From Candidatus Woesearchaeota archaeon (GTDB taxonomy: Archaea; Nanobdellota; Nanobdellia; Woesearchaeales; DSVV01): a DNA stretch of 64,000 bases. The first letter of the stretch is position 1. Every line of letters starts with the position of its first letter. A program made the position numbers and the translations under genes. The stretch spans positions 3,681-67,680 of the forward strand of contig JABHXF010000048.1 of assembly GCA_018657385.1 (NCBI GenBank), given 5' to 3'. Positions 9,872 to 20,300 of this stretch are shown here, piece by piece. Under the pieces are notes generated by a model, which was not told the DNA's origin, did no database searches, and saw only the letters and a program-made list of their open reading frames with translations.

Positions 9872-10786
9872 ATGTTAAAAAACAAAGATTTAATATCAAT
9901 TAATGATACAACAAAAGAAGAACTGAGGTATATATTGGATACTATAAAAAAAATAGAAGAAATGGATTGTTCAAATCTATGTAAAGGTAAAATATTAGGG
10001 ACACTCTTTTTTGAACCAAGTACTAGAACAAGACTAAGCTTTGAATCAGCAATGAAAAGACTTGGGGGGAGTGTTATTGGTTTTAGTGGGGATGGTTCAA
10101 CATCAAGAAAAAAAGGTGAATCATTATATGACACAATAAAAACAGTAGAAGGTTATTGTGATATTATTGCAATGAGGCATCCTGTTGATGGTTCTGCAAG
10201 ATTAGCTGCAAATTCTGTAATAATACCAATTATTAATGGTGGGGATGGTGCAAACCAACATCCAACACAAACTTTATTAGATTTACATACAATTAGAAAA
10301 TCTCATGGGCAAGTTGAAGGATTAACAATTGCAATGGTTGGTGATTTAAAATATGGAAGAACTGTTCATAGTTTAGCAATTGCAATGAGTCTGTTTAATG
10401 CGACAATTTACTTTGTTGCCCCCCAACAACTTCAAATGCCAAAAGATATTCTTGAAGTATTAGATCAAAGAGGAATTAAATATTATATGACTGAAAGTAT
10501 CATGGATGTTATGGATAAAACAGATATATTATACATGACAAGGATACAAAAAGAGCGTTTTCCAGATCCAGTTGAATATGAAAAAATGAAGAATGCATAT
10601 ATTCTTAAAAAAGAAATGCTAACAAATGCAAAATCTGGATTAAAAGTAATGCATCCCTTACCAAGGGTAAATGAAATATCTGAAGATGTTGATGATGCAG
10701 AACATGCACACTATTTTCAACAAGCACACTATGGAATTCCAACAAGAATGGCAATAATTGCTTTGTTATTGGGGGTTTTAGAATGA
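9872..10786 (+). CDS. pyrB: Aspartate carbamoyltransferase catalytic subunit
   Basis: FFEPSTRTRLSFE, HPTQTLLD, GDLKYGRTVHSL, MHPLPR. Confidence 0.97.
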   Translation: MLKNKDLISINDTTKEELRYILDTIKKIEEMDCSNLCKGKILGTLFFEPSTRTRLSFESAMKRLGGSVIGFSGDGSTSRKKGESLYDTIKTVEGYCDIIAMRHPVDGSARLAANSVIIPIINGGDGANQHPTQTLLDLHTIRKSHGQVEGLTIAMVGDLKYGRTVHSLAIAMSLFNATIYFVAPQQLQMPKDILEVLDQRGIKYYMTESIMDVMDKTDILYMTRIQKERFPDPVEYEKMKNAYILKKEMLTNAKSGLKVMHPLPRVNEISEDVDDAEHAHYFQQAHYGIPTRMAIIALLLGVLE

Positions 10787-11253
10787 TTGAGGAAAATAAA
10801 GAATATAAACAAATGAAAATTGGTAGAATTAAGGAAGGGACTGTTATTGATCACATTCCACCTGGACTTTGTTTTAGGTTAATTAATATTTTATCTCTTG
10901 AACGTTATAATAATGTCCTTTCAGCTGCAACAAATTTAACTAGTGCTAAGTTAGGAAAAAAAGGTATGATTAAAATTAGTGGTAAGATTTTAACAGAAGA
11001 AGAAGTTAAAAAAGTTGCAGTTGTTGCACCTAATGTAACTATGTGTACAATTAACAATTTTTCAGTTTCTAAAAAAATAAAATTAACCTTACCAAACGAA
11101 ATTAAAAAAATAGTGAAATGTAATAATCCCAACTGTATTACTAATATTGAAGGGGTAGTTACAAACTTTGGGGTGCTTCAAGAATCACCATTGAAAATTA
11201 AATGTTGTTTTTGTGAAAGAACAATTAATAAAGAGGAAATAAAACTAAAATGA
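10783..11253 (+). CDS. pyrI: Aspartate carbamoyltransferase regulatory subunit
   Basis: GTVIDHI, CNNPNCIT…CCFCE zinc site; overlaps pyrB stop. Confidence 0.95.
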   Translation: MIEENKEYKQMKIGRIKEGTVIDHIPPGLCFRLINILSLERYNNVLSAATNLTSAKLGKKGMIKISGKILTEEEVKKVAVVAPNVTMCTINNFSVSKKIKLTLPNEIKKIVKCNNPNCITNIEGVVTNFGVLQESPLKIKCCFCERTINKEEIKLK

Positions 11254-11274
11254 TTTATTTAAGAGGATATTAAA

Positions 11275-12180
11275 ATGATCAATTCTAAAATATTTGATAT
11301 TAATTTTAATAACCCATTGGTGCTTGCATCAGGGATATTGGGTGTTCATGCAGAATATTTTAAAACATTAGAAAAAAATAATGTTGGTGGGATCACAACT
11401 AAATCAATTTCTTTAGATCCAAGAAAAGGACATAAAAACCCAATTATGTTTAATGATAACCATGGTTTTATGAATGCTGTTGGATTAAGTAATGCAGGCA
11501 TTGACAAATCCATAGAAATGATTAAACATGCAAAACAAATTGTTAAAACACCAATAATTGCAAGTATTTTTGGTGGTAATGTTGAAGAATTTGGTGAACT
11601 TGCTAAATTAATTTCAGAAGCAAAACCAGATATAATAGAAGCAAATATTTCTTGTCCAAATGTTAAAAAAGAATTTAAACTGTTTGGGGCAAATGCAGAA
11701 GATGCAGCAGCTATTACGAATGTTGTAAAGAACAATACTAAAATTCCTGTTGTAATTAAGTTAACACCAAATGTTACAGATATAAAACCAATTGCAAAAT
11801 CTGTTGAGCAAGCTGGAGCAGATGGCATAACTGCAATAAATACGTTAGCAGGTATGAGAATTGATATTAATGCTAAAATGCCTATTTTAACAAATAAATT
11901 TGGTGGGTTAAGTGGTAAAGGCATTTTTCCAGTGGCTATTAAGAATGTTTATGAAATTTACAAAACAGTAAATATTCCTATAATTGGTACTGGTGGAATA
12001 ACAACAGGTAAGGATGCAATAGAAATGTTAATGGCAGGAGCATCTTTGTTAGGTGTTGGAACTGCTGTTTATTATGAGGGTGTAAAAGTTTTTACTAAAA
12101 TTAATTTGGAAATTGAAGAATGGATGACAAATAATGGATATTCTAACATTAAAGAAATAATTGGTGTTGCTCATGAATAA
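11275..12180 (+). CDS. pyrD: Dihydroorotate dehydrogenase (family 1B catalytic subunit)
   Basis: NPLVLASG, NAVGLSN, NISCPN, KLTPN, GGLSG, GTGGI. Confidence 0.95.
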   Translation: MINSKIFDINFNNPLVLASGILGVHAEYFKTLEKNNVGGITTKSISLDPRKGHKNPIMFNDNHGFMNAVGLSNAGIDKSIEMIKHAKQIVKTPIIASIFGGNVEEFGELAKLISEAKPDIIEANISCPNVKKEFKLFGANAEDAAAITNVVKNNTKIPVVIKLTPNVTDIKPIAKSVEQAGADGITAINTLAGMRIDINAKMPILTNKFGGLSGKGIFPVAIKNVYEIYKTVNIPIIGTGGITTGKDAIEMLMAGASLLGVGTAVYYEGVKVFTKINLEIEEWMTNNGYSNIKEIIGVAHE

Positions 12181-13018
12181 TAATACTATTAAAAATAATT
12201 TTATTAAACAAGACATTACTCAACAAGATATCCCTTATACAACAAAGGTTGTTGAGGTAATTAAACATAATGAAAATTTTGTAACTGTTTGGTTAGAAGG
12301 AGAAATAAAAATTAAGCCTGGGCAGTTTATAATGGTGTGGTTTCCCAATGTTGAAGAAAAACCATTTACTATTACTTGTATTAAGGAAAATAAGTTTTCA
12401 TTTACAGCTATGAAAAGAGGACCTTTTACTAAGGCATTATTTGAATTAAAAGTAGGTGATCTTTTGGGTTGGAGAGGGCCATATGGTAATACCTTTACTA
12501 TTGATGAAAATGTTAGGAATGTTTGTATTGTAGCTGGTGGGATAGGCATGGCTGCTGTGTGTTTATTATACAAACAATTAAAAAATGATAATAAAAATGT
12601 TAAATTGATCTATGGTGCTAAATGTTCTGATGGTTTGATATTTAAAGATCTTATCAATAATATTTGTGTTAATAGTGATGCTTGTTTTTGTACTGATGAT
12701 GGTAGTGAAGGAGACAAAGCATTTACAACAGAATTATTGGAAAAATCATTATCTGAATCTTTATCAAATGAAAAATTTGATATTGTATATACTTGTGGTC
12801 CTGAAATTATGATGAAAAAGGTTGTTGAGTTATGTGAAAAATATAATGTGGAATGTGAAGTAAGTTTAGAAAGATACATGGGCTGTGGTTTTGGTATATG
12901 CGGTGGATGTTCAATTAACCATAAGCTAGTTTGTATTGATGGTCCAGTTTTTAATTCAAAAGAATTAAAAGAATTAAAAGATTTTGGAAATCATGTGTGT
13001 AAATGCAACAAGGAGTAA
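12173..13018 (+). CDS. pyrK: Dihydroorotate dehydrogenase electron transfer subunit
   Basis: PGQFIMVW, RGPYG, AGGIG, CGPEIMM, ERYMGCGFGICGGC [2Fe-2S]; ATG at 12173 overlaps pyrD end. Confidence 0.92.
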   Translation: MNNNTIKNNFIKQDITQQDIPYTTKVVEVIKHNENFVTVWLEGEIKIKPGQFIMVWFPNVEEKPFTITCIKENKFSFTAMKRGPFTKALFELKVGDLLGWRGPYGNTFTIDENVRNVCIVAGGIGMAAVCLLYKQLKNDNKNVKLIYGAKCSDGLIFKDLINNICVNSDACFCTDDGSEGDKAFTTELLEKSLSESLSNEKFDIVYTCGPEIMMKKVVELCEKYNVECEVSLERYMGCGFGICGGCSINHKLVCIDGPVFNSKELKELKDFGNHVCKCNKE

Positions 13019-13020
13019 AA

Positions 13021-14295
13021 ATGAGTTTATTGTTAAAGAACTGTAAAGTTATTGAAGATGGAAATACAATTCTTAGAAATATTCTTATATCTGAAGGAAA
13101 AATAATCTCAATAATTTCAGAAAATTCAGGAAATTCAGATGAAATAAATTGTGAGAAAGTCATTGATTGTAATAATAAACTTGTTTTACCGGGTTTAATT
13201 GATCCACATGTTCATTTTCGTGAACCAGGTATGGAACATAAAGAAGATTTCTTAAGTGGAAGTTGTGCAGCAGCAGCAGGTGGTATTACTACTGTTTTAG
13301 ATATGCCTAATACTAATCCTCCAACTTTTACATTAAGTGATTTAGAGAATAAAAAAAATCTAGCAATGAAAAGTATTGTTAATTTTGGTTTTTATTTTGG
13401 GGCAAGTGCTGATGACAATATAATGGAAATTAAAAAAGCTTTTGATTCTGGAAATGTTGCTGCTGTAAAAGTTTATATGAATGATACTACTGGTAATTTA
13501 TTAATTACTGATAATCTTTTGTTAGAAAAAATATTTGAAACTGCAAAAATTTCAGAGAAGGTGGTTGCAGTACATGCTGAAGGTGAGATGGTAAAAAAAG
13601 CAGTTGAGTTAGCAAAAAAATGCGGAAATAAACTTTATTTGTGCCATATTTCTACAAAAGAAGAAATTGATTATATTAATACAAACAAAACTAATGGTAA
13701 TGATAATACACTTTTTGTTGAAGTTTCTCCTCATCATTTATTTTTAACAGAAGAAGATGATAATGGTGCATTTACTAAAATGAAGCCAGTATTAAAGACA
13801 ATAAATAATCAACAAGCATTATTCGATGCAGTTAATTCTGGTGTTGTGGATGTAATTGGAACTGATCATGCCCCTCATACATTAGAAGAAAAAAGAGAAA
13901 TTAATTATCCTTATGGTGTTCCTGGTTGTGAAACAGTGCTACCTTTATTATTAAATGCTGTTAATGAAGGCAGAATTTCATTAAAAAAAGTACAGGAATT
14001 ATGTTGTGAAAATCCTGCTAAAATATTTGGAATAAAAAATAAAGGATTTATTAAAGAGGGTTATGATGCAGATTTAGTTATTTTAGACTTAGAAATGGAA
14101 AGGATTGTTGAAAATGAAAAACTCTTTACAAAATGTAAATGGTCACCATTTGCAGGAAAAAAATTAAAAGGTTGGCCAATTATGACTATTGTTAATGGCA
14201 ATATTGTTTATAGTTATTCTAATAGTGAAGGTCATGAAAAAATAGTATTAAATAAAGACTATAAAGGAAAAGAGGTAATATACAATGTCAGATGA
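13021..14295 (+). CDS. pyrC: Dihydroorotase
   Basis: PGLIDPHVHFREPG, DMPNT, GTDHAPH; AGGAG SD before ATG 13021. Confidence 0.95.
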   Translation: MSLLLKNCKVIEDGNTILRNILISEGKIISIISENSGNSDEINCEKVIDCNNKLVLPGLIDPHVHFREPGMEHKEDFLSGSCAAAAGGITTVLDMPNTNPPTFTLSDLENKKNLAMKSIVNFGFYFGASADDNIMEIKKAFDSGNVAAVKVYMNDTTGNLLITDNLLLEKIFETAKISEKVVAVHAEGEMVKKAVELAKKCGNKLYLCHISTKEEIDYINTNKTNGNDNTLFVEVSPHHLFLTEEDDNGAFTKMKPVLKTINNQQALFDAVNSGVVDVIGTDHAPHTLEEKREINYPYGVPGCETVLPLLLNAVNEGRISLKKVQELCCENPAKIFGIKNKGFIKEGYDADLVILDLEMERIVENEKLFTKCKWSPFAGKKLKGWPIMTIVNGNIVYSYSNSEGHEKIVLNKDYKGKEVIYNVR

Positions 14296-14992
14296 AAACA
14301 AGATATTTAATGAAGATGAATTTAATAAATTTGTAATTGACAATAATGTTGTTGGTTTCTTTGATAAACCAATTATGTTAAAATCAGGACGACAAAGTTA
14401 TTGGTATGCTAATTGTAGAAATTTATCAAATACTTTTGAAATCATTGATAAAACAGCAGGTTTTGTTCTTAATTTCTTAAAAAAAGAATTAATTGAATCT
14501 GATTATATTTATGGTGTTCCAGAAGGCGCATCAAAACTTGCAATAATTGCAAATTATAAATTAGGAAAGGAATGTTTAGATGGTTCAACAAATTCAAAAC
14601 AAAAAATAATTCTTGGTAGGGGCCAACCAAAACCACATGGCGCACCTAAAGATAAATATTTTATTGGGGAAGTTAATGAGGGAGACAAAGTATTAGTATT
14701 AGAAGATGTAACAACAACTGGTGGTTCATTATTAAAAACAATTAAGCAATTAAAAGAAGCAAATGTAGAAGTTGTTGCTGCAATTGGATTAGTAAATCGA
14801 ATGGAGAAAAGAGATGATGGAAAGAGTGTTGAAGAAGCTGTTAATGAATTAGGTGTGCCTTATTATGCAATGAGTCATTCTTTGGCATTGTTACCAATGG
14901 CAAAAGCAAAATATAACCCAAATGAAGAAGTATCAAGGCAAGTTGAGATTGGTTTTGAAAAATATGGGTTAATGGAACTCAAATTTGAGTAA
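14285..14992 (+). CDS. pyrE: Orotate phosphoribosyltransferase
   Basis: LKSGRQS, PRPP loop VLEDVTTTGGS; operon context. Confidence 0.9.
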   Translation: MSDENKIFNEDEFNKFVIDNNVVGFFDKPIMLKSGRQSYWYANCRNLSNTFEIIDKTAGFVLNFLKKELIESDYIYGVPEGASKLAIIANYKLGKECLDGSTNSKQKIILGRGQPKPHGAPKDKYFIGEVNEGDKVLVLEDVTTTGGSLLKTIKQLKEANVEVVAAIGLVNRMEKRDDGKSVEEAVNELGVPYYAMSHSLALLPMAKAKYNPNEEVSRQVEIGFEKYGLMELKFE

Positions 14993-15036
14993 TTAAAATT
15001 TGAATAATTATAATCTATATACAAATTGGTGAAAAA

Positions 15037-15942
15037 ATGAATTATATTGAACAATTAAAAACAAGGGCAGAAAAAGTAGGTAATATTGTTTGTGTTGGTT
15101 TAGATCCTGTTTTAGATAAGATTCCTTCTCAAGGATGTGAAGAATTTGTTAATAAGGAAAAAGAACCAGGTAAAGCAATTGCAAAATTTTATATTGAAAT
15201 GTTAAATGGTTTTTCTCAGGCAGGAGTTGTTCCCGCTATTGTTAAACCAAATATTGCTTTTTATGAACAATATGGTTTTAAAGGTCTTGAAGCATTAAAG
15301 ATTATTATGGAGAAATGCAAAGAACTTGGTATTCCAGTATTGTTAGATGCAAAAAGAGGTGATATTGGAAAAACAAGTAAAGCTTATGCAAAAGCATTGT
15401 TTGATTTTTGGAAAGCAGATGCAATTACTATTGCTCCATATATGGGTAGTGATTCAGTTGGACCATTTACTGAATATTGTGGTGATGGAACTGAAGAAAT
15501 ACATGAAAAAGGTGTTTATGTTTTATGTAGAACCTCAAATAAAGGGGCAATTGATTTACAAAATCTAAAAGTTAATGATAGTGAAGGAAATGAAACAGCA
15601 ATTTATATGAAAACAGCTGAAAAAATAGTTTTAGATTGGTATAATGATGGAATTGGTGCTGTTGTTGGGGCCACTTATCCTGCTGAATTAGAACAAATAA
15701 GTAAATATTTTGTTGATTCGGGTAAAGAAATACCTTTACTCATACCAGGTGTTGGGGCACAAGGTGGTAGTGCTAAAGATGTTGTAGAAGTATTAAAGAA
15801 AACAGGTAATGATTTAAGATTACATAGAATTAATTCAAGTTCAGGTATTAATTTTGCATACTTGAAATCAGGAGAAGAAGATTATGTTGGGGCAGCTGTT
15901 AATGCTTTAAAACAATTAATTGAAGAAATAGGTCCATTATAA
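15037..15942 (+). CDS. pyrF: Orotidine-5'-phosphate decarboxylase
   Basis: CVGLDP, KPNIAFYE, LDAKRGDIGKT, VVGAT, PGVGAQGG. Confidence 0.95.
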   Translation: MNYIEQLKTRAEKVGNIVCVGLDPVLDKIPSQGCEEFVNKEKEPGKAIAKFYIEMLNGFSQAGVVPAIVKPNIAFYEQYGFKGLEALKIIMEKCKELGIPVLLDAKRGDIGKTSKAYAKALFDFWKADAITIAPYMGSDSVGPFTEYCGDGTEEIHEKGVYVLCRTSNKGAIDLQNLKVNDSEGNETAIYMKTAEKIVLDWYNDGIGAVVGATYPAELEQISKYFVDSGKEIPLLIPGVGAQGGSAKDVVEVLKKTGNDLRLHRINSSSGINFAYLKSGEEDYVGAAVNALKQLIEEIGPL

Positions 15943-16016
15943 TCATTTATTTTAATTTTTTAATTTTTTAAGTATTATACAATAAATTTATATATTACTC
16001 TTTCTTAATTAGTTAT

Positions 16017-17309
16017 ATGGGTAAAAAAACACTAGAACTAAAAAAACCAAAAGAACTAGAGAAATCAGATAAATCACAAAAGACACAAGTTAATGAGAAA
16101 ACTATATATATTAAAGAAAAGATTGTGAACTTATCTGAAAAACTGAAGAATTCAGTTGATAATACTAGTGAAAATACATTTAATCTAAAAGAATTAACAA
16201 CTGGGAACAAAGTATGGAAGAGTGTTAGTGCATTTTTTGCTTTGGTTTTTTCCTTTATTCTAACTTTATTATTAGTATTACAAATTGAATCTTATCCTGA
16301 TTACCTATTTTCATTATGGTTATTTATCATAATTGAATTTTTATTGATTTTGTTTGTTATTTGGTTTTTATTTATGCTTTTTGATGGATTATGTGCACAA
16401 TTTAACAAAGACAAATATTATGTGTCTATAAGTGATGACTCAATCATACTTAGAGAAAATAATAAGGTAACAATTTTGCCTTGGGAAGCGATTTCAGAAT
16501 ATAAAGTTAATAGGAGAGAACAAGATAATTTTGTAACCTCTATTAAATTGTTTGTTTCTGTTGATGAATTAGATAAGACTGCGGGTAAAATGGTTGAAAT
16601 CCCTCATTTATTTGCTGACAATTTCAATGAAATTTATGGTTTGGTTTATCACCATTATCAAATAAATTTCCCCAAAGAGAAAATTGAAGAGAAAAAAGAA
16701 AAATCTTGGCCAATAGTAATTGGACTATCTATTAAGAATGAAAATCTACCTCAAAATATTGCTGAAATTGTTACATCTAAACCTAAAACTGATCAAATTC
16801 TTTATTTCGAAGCAAAAAAAACTCATTTTTGGGAGATTTTTGTTTCATTAATTTGTTTTTTATTGACCTTTGGATTTGTAATGACTATATTTGATTTTTT
16901 AGGAATTACTGCTTTTTGGGGACTAGAATTGTTGGATTATAATTATAATATTAGAATCTTTGCAATTTCTCTACTTGTATTACTTAGTGTTGGTGCCTTA
17001 GCATTTATTGTTATTAATTTAGTGAAAATTATTAAAAGCACAAATCAAACTTTAATAATAACAAAACAAGGAATTATTGAGAAGGTATTTGATATTGTAT
17101 ATGTTATTCCATGGGCATCTGTTAAAGAGATAACTACGAAATGGTTTAATTATGGGGCAATGCATGATAAAGGAGAATTAAAAATTCAGCTAGCTTATTC
17201 AGAAAAACCAAAAGGTAAAGCAAATAGATTATATAACATACAAGGGGAGTATCATATTGAACCTAATAAACTATTGGGTCTATTAAAAGAACATTGGGGT
17301 AAGAAATAA
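16017..17309 (+). CDS. Membrane protein with two tandem (2TM + PH-like) modules
   Basis: Internal repeat: ISDDSII…ILPWEAI and ITKQGII…VIPWASV, each after a TM pair. Confidence 0.6.
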   Translation: MGKKTLELKKPKELEKSDKSQKTQVNEKTIYIKEKIVNLSEKLKNSVDNTSENTFNLKELTTGNKVWKSVSAFFALVFSFILTLLLVLQIESYPDYLFSLWLFIIIEFLLILFVIWFLFMLFDGLCAQFNKDKYYVSISDDSIILRENNKVTILPWEAISEYKVNRREQDNFVTSIKLFVSVDELDKTAGKMVEIPHLFADNFNEIYGLVYHHYQINFPKEKIEEKKEKSWPIVIGLSIKNENLPQNIAEIVTSKPKTDQILYFEAKKTHFWEIFVSLICFLLTFGFVMTIFDFLGITAFWGLELLDYNYNIRIFAISLLVLLSVGALAFIVINLVKIIKSTNQTLIITKQGIIEKVFDIVYVIPWASVKEITTKWFNYGAMHDKGELKIQLAYSEKPKGKANRLYNIQGEYHIEPNKLLGLLKEHWGKK

Positions 17310-17362
17310 AATATTAATTCGTTAGGCGATATGTCATTTTTTTGTTTTTTCTCAATTTGGTT

Positions 17363-20300
17363 TTATCTTTCGTAATTAATACTATACTCACTACCTACAA
17401 TTCTAAATTCGTAACCTTCACCTGGATTGATACAATCAAAATCACCAGACCAATTACTTCCGTCAAATGAAACAGTTTCATAAGATGCAGTTGCTGTGTT
17501 GTATCTATAAATAGTATCTCCATTAGTTGCATCATAAAAAATAGTATCTAAACTACATTTTTTTTGTGGTGTATTTAAACCAATTAAATTTAATTCTGTT
17601 GAGTTGCCTGCAATATTAGTTGATTGTTTTATAGTGAATGAAGTATTTGTTATTGGAACAGAACCAACAAAAGTAATATTATATGCTGTTGTTACAGGTT
17701 TGAACAAATATGCTTGATTAATATTAAAGCTAGTGAAATCACCAAACCAACCAAAATCAGTGAAAAATTGTACAGATTCAGGTTGTGATGATGTTGAATT
17801 ATAAGTATAAATAACATCATTATTAGATGCAATATTAGACGTTGTTGAGATTAATGTTGACAAACTTAAATCTGTAACATTTAATGGTATAGATATAATT
17901 ACTAGTTCAACACCAGTATTTGGATTTCCTGTTGTTACCGGTATTTCTTTTTTGAGAACACCGATTGTTGAGTTAGATGTGTTTGTTCTTGATGTAGAAT
18001 TTAAAGCAACAACTTTGTAATAACGTTGTGTAACACCATTACTATCTTTAGTTGTTCCATTGATGTTATCTGTGTAACTTAATTCTAGAATATTGATATC
18101 TGTAATATTTGGCCCAGATGAATCATTAAATTCCCATAACTTAGTTAGATTACTATCATAAAATAATCCATAACTTCCTGCATCTTTGGTTGTATTCCAA
18201 TTTATAGTAATAGTTCCATTTGAGTTTAATTGTATGGAAACATTTGTTGGTTGCCATGGATAAACTGCATTAATATTATTTATTGTTGTTGAATTAGTTG
18301 AATTTCGCTGATAAAAATTAGTATCACTACAACTTATATTATAATCTGTTTGTGTTGGATTAGAAAATGTTCTATTATATTGATACAAATTAATAGATGC
18401 ATTATAATTCATTGTTGCTGTTGTTGAATCATTATAATTAATCGTACATGTCCCTGTTGTAATAGCTAAAGAACTTGAAAAGTTTGTGTAGTTTGCATAA
18501 AAATAAATTTCATTATTTTGATATTTGATTGTATCAGTTGCATATGGTTTCCCATTATCTCTCATGTCCCAAATGTCAATAGATGAGTTTTCAACAGCAC
18601 TATAATTAGAACCACTACTAGAGAATTCAGTTGCATTAAATTCAACTTTTCCAGACGTACTAGAAACAAGTTGACAATCATTACAGGTATTTCCATTCTT
18701 CATTGGCATTGGTTTTTCATAACTTAAGTTGTACAAAGAAATAGTCATATTGGTTGTTGTTAAGGTTGAATGTAGTCCTGTTGTGTTAACCCAAATATTA
18801 TTACTATTCATAATTATATTGTCATCAAAATTCATATCTGAAAGATAAACATTTTCATTCCAAATAATTTTACCATTTGTTGTATTTTCTAAAATAAAAC
18901 CACTTTCGCTATAATATCTTGATCCTGAATTAGGAAGTGTTGTTACACCATCAAATTTACTAGTTGTTGGACTTACATTTACTCCGCCTGAAATAATAAT
19001 ACTATAATCTTGATTTGTATTGCTTATTGAAAATGCAGATATGTTTATTGTATATGTTCCTGTTTCAATCTCTCCATTTGTTGAATTTAATATTAATTGT
19101 TCAACATTATTTAATCGATCTTGTGAAATATTATAAGGCCATTCAAAATTATTTCCATAATAAACTGATCCATTTGGACTTGTTATGATTAAATCAATAT
19201 CATTTACTAAATTTTTAGCAGCACTACTTGTTGATTCATAATCTGTCCATACTAAAGTAAATTTTAATTCACTGGATGTATTAATTATCTCTATATTATG
19301 GGTTGTGTATTGATTTGATCCACTAAATCCAGTTGTATTATCAATATATTTGAAGAATTTAGGATATGGTGGTGTTAATGTATTAGTTAAATTAATTCTT
19401 CCCCAACCTGAGTGATTACTAGGGATTCCATAACCAATATCTTGTGCTCCATTAATAATCATTGCCTTAATCAATGATGATCTTGGTGTTTGATAATTAA
19501 TGTTTTCAATAAAATTTTCTCGAACCAAAGCAACGTAGCCAGCTGTTAAAGGAGCAGACATTGATGTTCCAGAACATGTTGAATAATTATTATTTCCTGC
19601 AAGTGCACCATTACATGATTGGGTTCCCCCACTTAATTTAGAAGATCTTGTGGAAATAATGTTTGTACCAGGAGCAACAACATCTGGTTTTGTTCTATTG
19701 TCATTTGCTGGTCCTCTGCTTGAAAATGATGGGAGGGAATTAATATTAGTACCATAACCACTACCAGATCTATTACTTTGTGATGCACCAACTGTTAATA
19801 CATTTTTTGCAGTTCCAGGGTCACGAACTGTTTGTAATGATGAACCATCATTACCAGCGGATGTAACAATTAAAATATCTTTGTTATCCCACATAAAACT
19901 ATCCATTCTTTTTGCTAGGCCTGTACTATACTCTGTTGTAGATGAACCCCAACTATCACTATGTATCCTTGCTCCATCATCATAACTTGTTTGAATCATT
20001 GTTGAATCTAATGAAGCAATATAAATACTTCTTGAACCATCATCATCACCTGCTGCATAAAATGATAAATTTGCATTGTATGCGGTTCCTCTGTACTGGC
20101 TATTAGAAGCAGAACCATTGCCCAAAATTGAACCAGATGTATGAGTTCCATGTCCATTAAGATCATCAGCACTAGTACATGATTTTCCATAAATAATACA
20201 AACTACATTTGATATGGTATAAATGCTATTAATTCTATTGTCTAAATCTAAATGTATATCTCCTTCTGTGTTAGCATCAACACCCGTATCAACACCAGAA

